Shown here: positions 37,930-48,215 of the stretch, in pieces
How the letters are laid out: the number at the start of each line of letters is the position of its first letter
How positions within the stretch are numbered: position 1 is the first letter of the stretch
Source of the DNA: Vulcanimicrobiota bacterium
GTDB lineage: Bacteria; Vulcanimicrobiota; Vulcanimicrobiia; Vulcanimicrobiales; Vulcanimicrobiaceae
NCBI GenBank assembly: GCA_963733295.1
Contig: CAVTCS010000003.1
Location: 1-64,000, forward strand
DNA length: 64,000 bases
Direction of reading: 5' to 3'
Program-made: the position numbers and the translations under genes
The notes under the pieces: model-generated
The model's input: the letters and a program-made list of their open reading frames with translations, nothing else
Databases searched by the model: none
What the model was told of the DNA's origin: nothing

Positions 37930-38373
37930 TCAAATGGACTGCGTGCTGCTGCGTGGCGGATCGAAGGGAGATGTCCGGCCGCCTTCAGCGACGAGCTTCA
38001 TGCGTGCAAGACAGTATTCCCAACCCGCGATGTGATCTGGCATCCAGTCGGCGGGCAACTCGCGGTGAACGAGGTTGAGGCGAGTCCCCGCGCCTTCCGG
38101 CAGGAGCGTGATTTCTACGACCGTGGAACCGGCCGGAAGCTCGTGCCCTTCGCCCTCGAAGCCCCACGTGAACGTCACCTTCGAATCGGGGATCGCTTCG
38201 AGATACGTCCCGCGGACGATGTCGCTCGGCGTCATCGCTATGCGGAAGAGACCGCCAGGACGCGGATGCACCTCGGCCTCGGTTCCCATCCACTCTGCGA
38301 TCTTCGTAGGCTCGGTCAGGAACGAGTACACGATAGACGCCGGAGCGTCAATGTAAATGTCCTTGACGATCAT
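37930..38373 (-). CDS. SRPBCC/AHSA1 family protein
   Basis: IDAPASIVYSFLT..W, VTFTW, TVVEITL, GTRLNLVH and GW. Confidence 0.85.
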   Translation of the reverse strand: MIVKDIYIDAPASIVYSFLTEPTKIAEWMGTEAEVHPRPGGLFRIAMTPSDIVRGTYLEAIPDSKVTFTWGFEGEGHELPAGSTVVEITLLPEGAGTRLNLVHRELPADWMPDHIAGWEYCLARMKLVAEGGRTSPFDPPRSSTQSI

Positions 38374-38690
38374 CGCGAACGCCGCGCCTTTTTGCGCGCC
38401 TCACGTTCCGCCGCGGCCTTGAGACTCGCGAGGCGCTTGTCCCAAAATCCATCCAGAAAATTCCGGAGCTCCGCGAAACCCTCGGTTCGCACCGCGTAGA
38501 TCCGGCGCGTGCCTTCGCGCCGCAACACCAGCAAGCCGGCGTCGGTTAGGACGCGAAGGTGCTCTGAGATCGCGGGGCGGGTGGTGTCGAATTGCTCGGC
38601 GATGTCGCCGGCACGCATCTCGCCGCCTTGCAGCAGGGTGAGAATCGCGACCCGCCGCGGCTCGGCGAGGGCTTTGAGAACGCTTTGCAT
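38370..38690 (-). CDS. ArsR/SmtB family regulator
   Basis: ALAEPRRVAIL..AISEHLRVL..GL..RREGTRRIY; ATGA overlap with the SRPBCC gene. Confidence 0.9.
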   Translation of the reverse strand: MQSVLKALAEPRRVAILTLLQGGEMRAGDIAEQFDTTRPAISEHLRVLTDAGLLVLRREGTRRIYAVRTEGFAELRNFLDGFWDKRLASLKAAAEREARKKARRSR

Positions 38691-38835
38691 GTGCTCCTTA
38701 CGATGGCTTGCGATACCCTAATGTAAGCACATACTTTCGAAAGTGTCAACCTACTAACAGACTTAGCCGATGGCCGGATCGCGAGGAGGCCTCGCCCGGG
38801 GGCCGTCGCTTAAACTGGAGTAGTGCCATCCATGT

Positions 38836-39927
38836 TCAAGGCTGTCGACCTGCCTCCGCGACGAGCGCGCGCCCGGTTTCGATCAATTGCTTCACGACCG
38901 CGCCGAGGTCCCGAAAGCGATCGTCGTGCGTTTGGCCGCGGCGGTAACGGACGTAGATCTGCTGATCGATCACCGCGTAGCGAAAGATGTTGAAGGCGCG
39001 ATACCAATCCACGTTTGTCACGTCGCGACCGGTTCGCGTCGCGTAGCGTTCGACGATGTCGCGACGACTTGGAAAGCCGGAACCGACGATCGGCATCGTC
39101 GAGTGCTGGAAGGCAGGCGGATCGCCGGGCTCTACCCAGAGCGCAAGCACGTTGCCGAGATCGCTGAGCGGATCGCCCAGCGTTGACATGTCCCAGTCGA
39201 GAACCGCAACGAAGGTCTGCAGATCCTCGGCAGCGACGATCGCGTTGTCGAGTTTGTAGTCGTTGTGGACGACTGCCGAACCGCTCTGCGCCGGCTGGTG
39301 TGTGGCAAGCCACGCGATGACGTCCTCGGCGGCCGGGCGGTCATCGGTCTCGGCGGCGTACCAGCGTTTGATCCAACCATCCACTTGGCGTTGAAGGTAG
39401 CCTTCGGGCTTTCCAAGATCGGCGAGCCCGCAGGCTAGGTAGTCGACGCTGTGCAGCGCGGCCAACGCGTCGATGAAATTCTCGCCGAGGTGACGTTGCG
39501 CAATTGGATCGTCGACCAGTCGCGCCGGCAGTTCGCGCCGGATGACGACGCCGTTGCGCCGTTCCATCACGACGAAGTCGACGCCGAGCACATCGTGATC
39601 GGTGCAAAGCAGAAAGGCACGCGGCGCGAGTGCGAACGGTTGCCACAACTTCGAGAGAACGCGATACTCGCGCTTCATGTCATGCGCGCCCACCGCTACC
39701 GGACCGTGCGGTGGACGCCGCAGGACGAACTCGCGCTCGCCGAACCTCAAAAGATAGGTCAGATTTGCGTGACCGCCTCCGAACTGCCGTAGCGTGAAAT
39801 TGCCCTCGGCTTCCGGGAGGTTCGCACGCAGATACGGCTCGAGCCGCGTCGTGTCGAGCTCCTCACCGGGCCGGACTTCGATCGTATCGTTCGCGCTCGG
39901 ATGCGCCCGGGATGCGGGCTCATGCAT
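38836..39927 (-). CDS. Phosphotransferase (APH/ACAD10-like) family protein
   Basis: GGHANLTY, VLRRPP, AHDMKRE, HNDYKLDN and VLDWDMSTLGDPLSDL. Confidence 0.88.
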   Translation of the reverse strand: MHEPASRAHPSANDTIEVRPGEELDTTRLEPYLRANLPEAEGNFTLRQFGGGHANLTYLLRFGEREFVLRRPPHGPVAVGAHDMKREYRVLSKLWQPFALAPRAFLLCTDHDVLGVDFVVMERRNGVVIRRELPARLVDDPIAQRHLGENFIDALAALHSVDYLACGLADLGKPEGYLQRQVDGWIKRWYAAETDDRPAAEDVIAWLATHQPAQSGSAVVHNDYKLDNAIVAAEDLQTFVAVLDWDMSTLGDPLSDLGNVLALWVEPGDPPAFQHSTMPIVGSGFPSRRDIVERYATRTGRDVTNVDWYRAFNIFRYAVIDQQIYVRYRRGQTHDDRFRDLGAVVKQLIETGRALVAEAGRQP

Positions 39928-40018
39928 GGTTCGCGCGTTCGTTCGCGGCGAGCGGCGGACCCTCTCGGCTGCGGCGGTGCGACCGGGATGCCGGCGGAGC
40001 CGGCACGAACTCCGCAAG

Positions 40019-40453
40019 ATGAAAGCCTTGCTTGGCGCAACCGCTCTCATGCTCGTAAGCTCGGCCGCGTTAGCGCAGCCCTCGCCGAAGCCATCGCATA
40101 TGCACGCCGTCCAGCTCGTTAGACTGCCCAATGGCGACTACACGCTTCCACAGCACGTCCTAGACGCGTGGGGAGAGAGCGCCAAAGTCACCTTCCACCC
40201 CGAGGGCCCGAAGACGCTCGTGACCGTCACCGTCTCCGCCAGTTCGAAGAAGACGCACCAATTCAATTTGAAGTCCGGCGCTGACTGCGTGCACATGAAT
40301 TCTGTGGTACCGTTGGGACCGGCCGTGCCGGGGCAGCCGTCGCAAACCCTCGTCTCCCTCCCGATAAATCTGAATAGCAAGAATTATGCGATCGACATGC
40401 AGGACACGACGGCGAAGCAGCAGTTCCAAGAGGTTTGCGCGCAACACGGATAG
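40019..40453 (+). CDS. Secreted hypothetical protein
   Basis: Signal peptide MKALLGATALMLVSSAALA and two Cys. Confidence 0.6.
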   Translation: MKALLGATALMLVSSAALAQPSPKPSHMHAVQLVRLPNGDYTLPQHVLDAWGESAKVTFHPEGPKTLVTVTVSASSKKTHQFNLKSGADCVHMNSVVPLGPAVPGQPSQTLVSLPINLNSKNYAIDMQDTTAKQQFQEVCAQHG

Positions 40454-40471
40454 CGAAACGAAGGGCTGACG

Positions 40472-41467
40472 ATGCGCGCAATCGTGTGTTCCGGTTACAC
40501 CGGCCCGCGCGATCTCTTTGTGGGCGATGTGCCTGAGCCGGTGGCCGGTCCGGGCCAGGTGCTCATCGAGGTCCACGCGGCCGGCGTCAATTTTCCCGAC
40601 GTGCTGATGACGCAAGGTTTGTACCAAACGAAACCGCCGCTGCCGTTCGTGCCCGGTGTTGAGGCGGCCGGCGTCGTCGTTGCGGCCGGCGACGGCGTCA
40701 CCGCGCCGCGGACCGGCCAGCGCGTGGTCGCCGGCGTTCTCGGCGCGTTCGCGCAGCGCGCAACTGCGCGCGCATCGCATACCGTGGTGCTACCCGACGC
40801 GATCGACTTCGCGACCGCCGCCGGCATGATGATGACCTATGGCACCGCCTATCACGCGCTGGTCGATCGCGCGTTGCTCATGCCTGGCGAAACGCTCCTG
40901 GTCACGGGCGCAGGGGGTGGCGTCGGGGTCGCCGCGGTTGCGATCGGAAAAGCTCTCGGCGCGCGCGTGATCGCGGTCGCGAGTTCGGAGAAGAAGCGCG
41001 CCGCGACGCTCCGTGCGGGAGCCGACGTTGCGCTCGACGCGACGGCGGAGGATTTGGTCGAGCGCATCAAAGCCGAAAGCGACGGTGGCTTCGATGTTGC
41101 GATCGACAACGTCGGCGGCGCGCAGTTCGATGCGGCCCTACGCTCGGCACGTTGGCGAGCCCGTCTGCTCGTCGTTGGATTCGCCTCGGGCACGATTCCG
41201 CAGATTCCCGCGAACCGGCTTCTCCTCAAAGAGCTCGACATTCGCGGTGTTTATTGGGGCGATTGGGTCACGCGCGACCCCGAACCCAACCGCGATAACT
41301 TCGCGGCGCTTTTCGAGCGGATCGAAAAAGGCACGCTTCGCCCGACCGTCGACGCGACGTACGCCTTCGAACAGGCACCGCAAGCCGTACTGGATCTGAT
41401 GGAGCGCCGCTTAGTCGGGAAAGGCATCGTCGTCGTACGCCCAGACGGGCGCGGCGTCGAACGCTAG
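40472..41467 (+). CDS. NADPH:quinone oxidoreductase (MDR/zeta-crystallin family)
   Basis: AAGVNFPD, PFVPGVE, TYGTAYHAL, GAGGGVG and VGFASG.IPQIPANRLLLK. Confidence 0.9.
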   Translation: MRAIVCSGYTGPRDLFVGDVPEPVAGPGQVLIEVHAAGVNFPDVLMTQGLYQTKPPLPFVPGVEAAGVVVAAGDGVTAPRTGQRVVAGVLGAFAQRATARASHTVVLPDAIDFATAAGMMMTYGTAYHALVDRALLMPGETLLVTGAGGGVGVAAVAIGKALGARVIAVASSEKKRAATLRAGADVALDATAEDLVERIKAESDGGFDVAIDNVGGAQFDAALRSARWRARLLVVGFASGTIPQIPANRLLLKELDIRGVYWGDWVTRDPEPNRDNFAALFERIEKGTLRPTVDATYAFEQAPQAVLDLMERRLVGKGIVVVRPDGRGVER

Positions 41468-41494
41468 ACGGGCCCTCCGCGGATTGCTGCGCCG

Positions 41495-42379
41495 CTACGG
41501 CGACGATGACGGCGACGGAGTTGGTGCCGGCGTCGGCATCGGTGTTGATGTCGGTGCCGGTATCGAACCGCTTGGGCTCGCCGCATCGGCGGGCACCGGC
41601 GAGACGGTCGTGTCGGGCGATTCCGCCGGCGCCGGGCTCGGCGACGACGTCGCTCGGCAAGAGTAGTAGTAGGTCTCGAAAAGGTCGTCGGCGCCGGCCT
41701 TCTCAACGAAGGTTGCCGCTAAGTGATTGCTGTTCGTTTTATCGCCCGGTTGGCGATCGCCGAACTGGTGGCCGTTCGCGAATCGAAATGCCGCCAGTCC
41801 TACCTGTAGCGTGGACCAGGTACTCGCCGCGTCGGTCTTCCTGGTCGCCGATACGATCGTTTCGAACCCGTTCCGGCCGAGCACCATCGCATCGCCTTCG
41901 TAATATTCGTGACCATTGCCGGCTTGCAGACGCAGCATGTAGGCTATCGTTGCGCGCGAGCGATCGAAAACCGGCGGGCGCGCAAAGCCGAGAACGTCGT
42001 TCCAGCCGTTCTGCCGGTAATACCGCGCGATGGAAGCGGCCACGTCATCGAAATTCATGCACTCCCAATCGTCCGGGATCGTAAACCCGCAATTGCAAAA
42101 TTCATACTCGACCGTTCCGATGCGCGTCAAGCGGAGCGTCGCTTCGGTTGTTGGGTCACCGCCACCCAACAGGGCATCCAATTTGTGCGCATCCGCACCG
42201 AGGAGCAACTTCGCGTTCGGCGGCACCGTGAGGATGGCTCCGGAGGACGGAAGGGTGTGCACGCCCGTCACCCAGTGAAGTGCGCTGACGCCGGGGATAT
42301 TCTCGAGAAGTTGAGCTCGCGCGGTAGCGGGCAGCACGAGGGCCGCTGCGAGCATGAGCGCTGTCAGGAGCCGTTTCAC
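41495..42379 (-). CDS. Secreted DUF2167-like protein with Pro/Ser/Thr-rich tail
   Basis: Signal peptide, GF..PDDW, PPVFD, VLGRNGF and F..G..F.D..PGDK. No C-terminal TM helix. Confidence 0.55.
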   Translation of the reverse strand: MKRLLTALMLAAALVLPATARAQLLENIPGVSALHWVTGVHTLPSSGAILTVPPNAKLLLGADAHKLDALLGGGDPTTEATLRLTRIGTVEYEFCNCGFTIPDDWECMNFDDVAASIARYYRQNGWNDVLGFARPPVFDRSRATIAYMLRLQAGNGHEYYEGDAMVLGRNGFETIVSATRKTDAASTWSTLQVGLAAFRFANGHQFGDRQPGDKTNSNHLAATFVEKAGADDLFETYYYSCRATSSPSPAPAESPDTTVSPVPADAASPSGSIPAPTSTPMPTPAPTPSPSSSP

Positions 42380-42490
42380 CGGAAAAACCCCATGGGCGAG
42401 CTCTCCGTTTTGAAGCGATATACTACGTTATCGGTTGGCGCGGCCGTTGTCCAGACGGTTCGCAGTTGATCCACGGCGAACGGAACCGTC

Positions 42491-45295
42491 GTGAGCGCGA
42501 GCTCGGATCCGGCGCCGGCTACCCCGGATCGGCCGCTTCCGAGCGGCACGATCACCTTTGCGTTCACCGATATCGAGGGCAGTACGCAGCGTTGGGAGCG
42601 CGACCGCGCCGCGATGCAGCAGGCGGTGCGCCGGCACGACGCACTCATGCGCGCGGCGATCGTCGCGAACGCCGGTCGCGTCTTTAAGACGATCGGCGAC
42701 GCGTTCTGCGCTGCGTTTTCGCGACCGGAAGACGCCGTCGGCGCGATGTTGGCGGCGCAGCGCTCGCTGGCAGCCGAGGACTTCGGCGCGATCGACGGCT
42801 TGCGGGTGCGGGCGGCGATTCACACTGGGACTGCCGACGAGCGGGATGGCGATTATTTCGGGCCTGCGGTCAACCGCGTCGCGCGGCTGCTCGCTATCGG
42901 CCACGGTGGCCAAGTGCTGCTCTCCGGCGCGACGGCCGATATCGCGCAAAGCGCGCTGGAGTCGCAAGCGAGTCTTCGCGACTTAGGCGAGCACCGGCTG
43001 AAGGATCTCGCGCGTCCGGAGAGAGTGTACCAGCTCGTTGCACCCGATCTCCTAGCCGAATTTCCGCCGCTGCGCTCGCTCGATGCACTCAAGAATAACT
43101 TACCGCGAGTGCTGACGACATTCGTCGGCCGGGAGAAGGAGCTCGCAGAAATCACGGCGCTGCTCGAAGAGCACCAACTCGTGACGCTGGTCGGCTCCGG
43201 CGGAATCGGCAAGACCCGCGCCTCCCTGCAGGTCGCCGCGAACTTGCTCGACGGTTCGGGCGACGGCGTGTGGTTCATCGAGCTGGCACCCCTTGCGAGC
43301 GGCGACTACGTCGCTTCGGCGGTTGCACAAGCCATGGGTCTCGGGCTCGCTTCGAACGGAGATCCGGTCGAGAATCTCGCGCGTGCCCTCGAATCCAAAC
43401 ACGCGCTGCTCGTCTTCGACAACTGCGAGCACCTCATCGAAGCGGCCGCGCGCGTCATTGCGACGCTCTTGCGCGCTTGCCCGAAGGTGAAGATCCTCGC
43501 ATCGAGCCGGCAGAGTTTGGGGATCGCCGGTGAGGCTGCGTACCGGGTGCCGTCCCTCACCGTTCCAGACCAAGTGGATGCGACACAGCTGAGCGCCCAA
43601 GACACCGCGCGCTATGCGGCGATGGCGCTCTTCGTCGAGCGCGCGTGCGCCGCCGACAACCGCTTCGCATTGACGGATGACAACGCGCCCACGATCGCCG
43701 ACATCTGTCGCAGACTCGATGGTATTCCACTCGCTATCGAACTGGCCGCTGCGCGCGTGAAGATCCTGAGCCCGCGACAGCTGCGCGAGCGACTCGACGA
43801 ACGCTTTCGCGTGCTCACCGGCGGCAACCGCGACGTGTTGCCACGGCAGCAAACGCTGCGCGCGCTGATCGATTGGAGCCACGACCTGCTCGACGAGCGA
43901 GAACGTACGCTCTTTCGCCGGCTCGGCATCTTCGTCAACGGCTTCACGCTCGAGGGCGTCGTCGCGGTCGGCAGCGGGACGGGGCTCGATGAGTTTGACG
44001 TTCTCGATGTACTCGCGTCGCTGGTCGACAAGTCGCTGGTGCTCGCCGAAGCTGAGGGCGATGCGCTCCGGTACCGGTTGCTCGAGTCGACGCGGGTGTA
44101 TGCGCGGGAGAAGCTCGAAGCCGCGGGCGAGCGCGAGACGTGCAGCGCTCGACACCTGCGCTACATGCGCGACAGGTTCGTCGCAGCACGCGCACACGCC
44201 GAGCAAACGGCGCGGCTCGCCGAATTGGACGAGGCGCTACGGACCGAACTCGAAGACGCGCGCGTTGCGCTCGATTGGGCGGTGAACGGCCAGAACGCGG
44301 CTGTGGGCGGCGAACTCCTGGCTGCGATCGGCAGCAGGTGGGGCGGCGGCATCGCCCTCGAGCGTGAAGGTCTTGCGCGGCTCGAGGCGTTCGCGACGGC
44401 ACTGCGTGCCGACGATTCGGCTCTGGTCTCTCGTCTCTGGTCCGTCACCTCGGTGCTCGCGATGAACTCGGGCCTGACGGCGCGCGCCTTCGCGGCAGCG
44501 ACGCAAGCGGTCGTTCTTGCGCGGGCGTGCGGCGAGCCGCTGACGCTCGCCGAGGCGCTGGACGCCTACGCGTGGGGCGCAATGCGGTCGGGAAAGTTTG
44601 ACGACGCGGAGGCGGCGCTTTCCGAAGCCGAAGCGATCCCGGGCGGCTCGACATTTTTCCGTCTCCGGCTGCTTCAAGCCCGCTCGTACCTGAGCCACCA
44701 ACGCGGCGATCTCGAAACTGCGGTGCGCGCAAACGAACAACTCCGTGAGGCCCATCGTACGCTCGGGAACGCGGCTGCCGAGCGAATTTACGCGCTCAAC
44801 CTGGCGGAACTCGAGCATGCGCGCGGCCGGACCGAGCGGGCGATTGCGCTCGTGCGCGAGACGCTGCCGGCAGCACGAGCCAATGCCGATCGAAGCACGC
44901 TCGCGAATGTGCTGACGAATCTCGCGGGCTACTTCGCCGCGGTCGACGATCTTCCCGAAGCGCGCGCGGCAGCCCGTGAAGCGATCCTTGAATTCGCAGC
45001 GCGCGACGCGGGTGGCGCGGGTTTGGCGATCGCCATCCAGCATCTGTCATTGACGCTCGCGCTCGGCGGCGACCTCACGCGCGCCGCGACGCTTACCGGC
45101 TACGGTGACGCCGCGTTGCGCCGCCACGGCTTCGAGCGCGAATTCACCGAGACCAAGACGCGCGATCGCCTCAACGCGGTCCTAAGCGAGGGGATCGCGC
45201 CGCCCGAACTCGGACGGCTGCTCGCCGAAGGCGCGGCGCTTACGCCGGAAGCAGCGGTAGCTCTCGCGCTCGGTGCACTTCGGCCAAAGGTTTAA
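42491..45295 (+). CDS. Adenylate cyclase - STAND ATPase - TPR protein (third paralogue)
   Basis: FTDIEGST, DYFGPAVNRVARL, GSGGIGKT, VFDNCEH and LDGIPLAIELA. Confidence 0.9.
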   Translation: MSASSDPAPATPDRPLPSGTITFAFTDIEGSTQRWERDRAAMQQAVRRHDALMRAAIVANAGRVFKTIGDAFCAAFSRPEDAVGAMLAAQRSLAAEDFGAIDGLRVRAAIHTGTADERDGDYFGPAVNRVARLLAIGHGGQVLLSGATADIAQSALESQASLRDLGEHRLKDLARPERVYQLVAPDLLAEFPPLRSLDALKNNLPRVLTTFVGREKELAEITALLEEHQLVTLVGSGGIGKTRASLQVAANLLDGSGDGVWFIELAPLASGDYVASAVAQAMGLGLASNGDPVENLARALESKHALLVFDNCEHLIEAAARVIATLLRACPKVKILASSRQSLGIAGEAAYRVPSLTVPDQVDATQLSAQDTARYAAMALFVERACAADNRFALTDDNAPTIADICRRLDGIPLAIELAAARVKILSPRQLRERLDERFRVLTGGNRDVLPRQQTLRALIDWSHDLLDERERTLFRRLGIFVNGFTLEGVVAVGSGTGLDEFDVLDVLASLVDKSLVLAEAEGDALRYRLLESTRVYAREKLEAAGERETCSARHLRYMRDRFVAARAHAEQTARLAELDEALRTELEDARVALDWAVNGQNAAVGGELLAAIGSRWGGGIALEREGLARLEAFATALRADDSALVSRLWSVTSVLAMNSGLTARAFAAATQAVVLARACGEPLTLAEALDAYAWGAMRSGKFDDAEAALSEAEAIPGGSTFFRLRLLQARSYLSHQRGDLETAVRANEQLREAHRTLGNAAAERIYALNLAELEHARGRTERAIALVRETLPAARANADRSTLANVLTNLAGYFAAVDDLPEARAAAREAILEFAARDAGGAGLAIAIQHLSLTLALGGDLTRAATLTGYGDAALRRHGFEREFTETKTRDRLNAVLSEGIAPPELGRLLAEGAALTPEAAVALALGALRPKV

Positions 45296-45296
45296 G

Positions 45297-45704
45297 CTAG
45301 GCTCTGGTTGCCGTGAAAGTCCCGGTTACGCCCGGCCGAGCCGACATCGTCCACGTGCCGTGAATGACGTGGGCGGAGACCAATGTCCCGTGCAGAGTCA
45401 CGACCGTCGTAATGCCTCGCGCATTGGTGGCGATGACATGGCACTGCCACAAAATTCTCGGGCCGTTGACGTTGCCGGCAGCGGCTCCGCCGCCGGTCGG
45501 GCCGGTGCACGACCCCGCGACGGTATCTCCGGACTGCCTCAGGGTGCAGACCGCGCTGAGTTCGGTGACGACTCTGCCTCCCATGACCCCAGAAACGCTC
45601 CACAACCCGGCGAAGTCAGCGGCGCTCGCCGGTAGTGGGGCGGCCACGAAAAGCGCAAACCCCACCAAAACGAACGTACGGCATAATTTTACGATCGCGC
45701 TCAT
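45297..45704 (-). CDS. Small secreted beta-barrel-like hypothetical protein
   Basis: Signal peptide; ADFAGLW..CTLRQSGDTVAGSC..GTFTATR. GAGG upstream. Confidence 0.6.
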   Translation of the reverse strand: MSAIVKLCRTFVLVGFALFVAAPLPASAADFAGLWSVSGVMGGRVVTELSAVCTLRQSGDTVAGSCTGPTGGGAAAGNVNGPRILWQCHVIATNARGITTVVTLHGTLVSAHVIHGTWTMSARPGVTGTFTATRA

Positions 45705-45756
45705 AGCCGCAACCTCACATAAGTTAATTGCTGTATTTTTCGGCAATCTCGACGGA

Positions 45757-47181
45757 TCACCTCGCTTTCCCCGCGATCGTGGACTTTAGGATCACTTGCC
45801 CGTATGGTACGAACGTATCGAGGGTGTAGTAGAACGTCGTGGTCACGACGCCATTCGCGTCGCGCGAATTCGTGGTCCAACCGGCGATAAAATACGGTCC
45901 GTAGTCGCCGCCGGTCTGCGCGCCCGGATTCTGTTCCGGCGGATTCGGTGCACCGGGCGGACAGTTCTTGCCGTTCTGCGAGTGGATATAGTAACACAAG
46001 CCCTTGTCTCGGGCTGCATTGAAGATCGTCTGAGGCGGACTCCAAGGCCCCTCCGCGCTCGGCGCCATCCGCAGCTGAATTCCGCCAAGCTGCGCACTCT
46101 TGCAGTTGTAGAGCATCATCCACTGATGCAGGTCCGCATTGTATTCCACGCCCAGCTCGCCCATGCAAGGCGGCTCCTCTCGAAAGAGCGGCGTGGCCTC
46201 TGACTCGTCAGCGCGTTTCCAGAGACCCGGATTTTCCGTCGTTTGCACCCAGTATTCGATGCCGGCCGGTCGCCCGTTCGCGCCGTTTTCGATGTCTTGC
46301 GGCAGCATGCGCGCAAGGCGTACGTAGCTGTGACGGTAGCACTCGGCGGCGGCGCCGCAGGGTTGCGCTCCCGCCACTTGAGGGCCGCCGGTGGTTCCAA
46401 AGAAGTAGAGATACCCGTCAGGGCCCGGCGCCATGGCAACCTGAATGAATCTCCCCGCGCGCGAAAGCGGCTCGCCCGGCGCGGGGCCCGAGAACGTGTA
46501 CAGACCGGTGAATTGGAGCTGATCCTGTTTGTCGAGCCGTGCGAGGACCGTTGTGAGGGGACTCCCCAAACACGTGAGGTTCCCTGTTTCCCGGCACGTC
46601 TCGGGAGTATTCGTGTCCTGCGGATTGTTCGTTCCGAAAAGAACGTACGCGTTGCCCTTCACGTCTATTCCCGAAAACGGGGCTTCGTTGGTCCGCAGCG
46701 GAACCTGCTTTCCGTCGTACGCAAGCGATGGACTCGCGAACGCACCGACGGCGGGACTCGTCTGTTTGATAAACTGAAGGTTCGGACAGGTTCCCGCGGG
46801 CGTCTGCGCAGCGAATGCGATCGCGTCGTTGTCGAGGTTGGAAGTACTGCTGCTGGGACCCCAGCGGTTGTGCGTGTTGTCGGTGAAGTTGTTGTGAGGT
46901 CCACGTTGCGGAAAGAATTTCGTCGGTTGCGCGTCACCGAAGAGAAACCAGAGTTTCCCTTGATGGACGAACGAGTAGCCACGATCTGCCGCGAGCAAGC
47001 CGTACTCTTGCGCCGGCGTCTTGTTGGCCAATCCGGTAAGCTGGCAAACCTCCTGCGTCGAGCCGGGCACGTAGGTGAGCGCAGCGCTCGGGTACGCAAG
47101 CGATCCCGGAACGCGCAGAGAGGCTGCGAGAAGAACGGCAAGCGCCACAATGATGAGCGCGTCACGCGTTTGTCGAATCAT
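45757..47181 (-). CDS. Secreted DUF4185-like protein
   Basis: ADRG..LWFLFGD, DGYLYFFGT, GELGVEYN..WMMLY, GPWS and YGPYF. Confidence 0.65.
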   Translation of the reverse strand: MIRQTRDALIIVALAVLLAASLRVPGSLAYPSAALTYVPGSTQEVCQLTGLANKTPAQEYGLLAADRGYSFVHQGKLWFLFGDAQPTKFFPQRGPHNNFTDNTHNRWGPSSSTSNLDNDAIAFAAQTPAGTCPNLQFIKQTSPAVGAFASPSLAYDGKQVPLRTNEAPFSGIDVKGNAYVLFGTNNPQDTNTPETCRETGNLTCLGSPLTTVLARLDKQDQLQFTGLYTFSGPAPGEPLSRAGRFIQVAMAPGPDGYLYFFGTTGGPQVAGAQPCGAAAECYRHSYVRLARMLPQDIENGANGRPAGIEYWVQTTENPGLWKRADESEATPLFREEPPCMGELGVEYNADLHQWMMLYNCKSAQLGGIQLRMAPSAEGPWSPPQTIFNAARDKGLCYYIHSQNGKNCPPGAPNPPEQNPGAQTGGDYGPYFIAGWTTNSRDANGVVTTTFYYTLDTFVPYGQVILKSTIAGKAR

Positions 47182-47330
47182 GCGATCACGAACTCCGCAG
47201 ATGCTCCATGGTTTCCTCGACGGCGATGTCCAACTCCTGGCGCAGCGTGGGTCTGTGAAGGTGCGGAGGATTATAAACACCGCGGTGCTGAACGACTGCA
47301 CCAACTACCCGCCCGAAAAGGCAACGGTCG

Positions 47331-48185
47331 ATGATAATTCGATTCCGATTGCTCGCAATGCTCGGTTTCGTTTCGCTGGCCGGAACGAACCCGGGCGCCG
47401 CTGCCACAGTCTCGACTCATGGGGCCGCCCCGGTCCCCATAGCGCAACTCTCAGTGAGTGCTCGCACGACGTTGCCGGACGCGACGATGATCGAACTGAA
47501 ACCGGGCCTCAACGTTTCCCTTGGGACGCTGCGAGCGCAGCACCGCAACCGAATGGCTCGCTTCGCCGCCGCGACGCAGTTAGGAAATCAAGCGTACGCG
47601 GTCGCGATGAGTGCGGACGAATCGAAGGCGAAACGCACCACGCACCACGGGCCTAAGCTGACGCTGCTGCCGATCGCCTCGGCCACCTGGAACGCGGTGC
47701 CGTGGACCGGCGTCCCCGGCTCGCACTGGGCTCCCGACTATACCGCCTTTTGCAAGGCCGCGAAGGCGTCGATCTGTCTTTACGTTCCGCAAGCGAGTTA
47801 CGCCCTCGGCGCGACGTTGGCGCCCGCGGGCGGCGCTTTCACCGACATCGATATGCTGATCACGGACAAGGGCATCTGTTCGGATGAGGGCGGGACGCTG
47901 TACTCCAAAGGCGGAGTCGTGCTGGGCTGCCTATTTTTCTATCCGAACGGCTTCAACGTGCAGTACTTCGCCGGCAACCCGCCATCGGCTACAGCAAACA
48001 CCAAGGCCTGTTCGTCGAAAGGCTTTACGAAGGTAATCGACCCGCACGGCGGTGCCGCGATCACGTTGAGCCAGCTCTATCTGGGATATCCGTGGGGTGG
48101 ATCTTCGGCGAAAACCGTCACGTGTGCGATTTCGATCATGGTGCCGTCCGGGCAACCGAAGCCGCTTCCGACTCCAGTGCTCTAA
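47331..48185 (+). CDS. Secreted Cys-containing hypothetical protein
   Basis: Signal peptide and six Cys. No family recognised. Confidence 0.6.
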   Translation: MIIRFRLLAMLGFVSLAGTNPGAAATVSTHGAAPVPIAQLSVSARTTLPDATMIELKPGLNVSLGTLRAQHRNRMARFAAATQLGNQAYAVAMSADESKAKRTTHHGPKLTLLPIASATWNAVPWTGVPGSHWAPDYTAFCKAAKASICLYVPQASYALGATLAPAGGAFTDIDMLITDKGICSDEGGTLYSKGGVVLGCLFFYPNGFNVQYFAGNPPSATANTKACSSKGFTKVIDPHGGAAITLSQLYLGYPWGGSSAKTVTCAISIMVPSGQPKPLPTPVL

Positions 48186-48215
48186 CACCGGGGACGTGAC
48201 CTGGATACGCCGCTC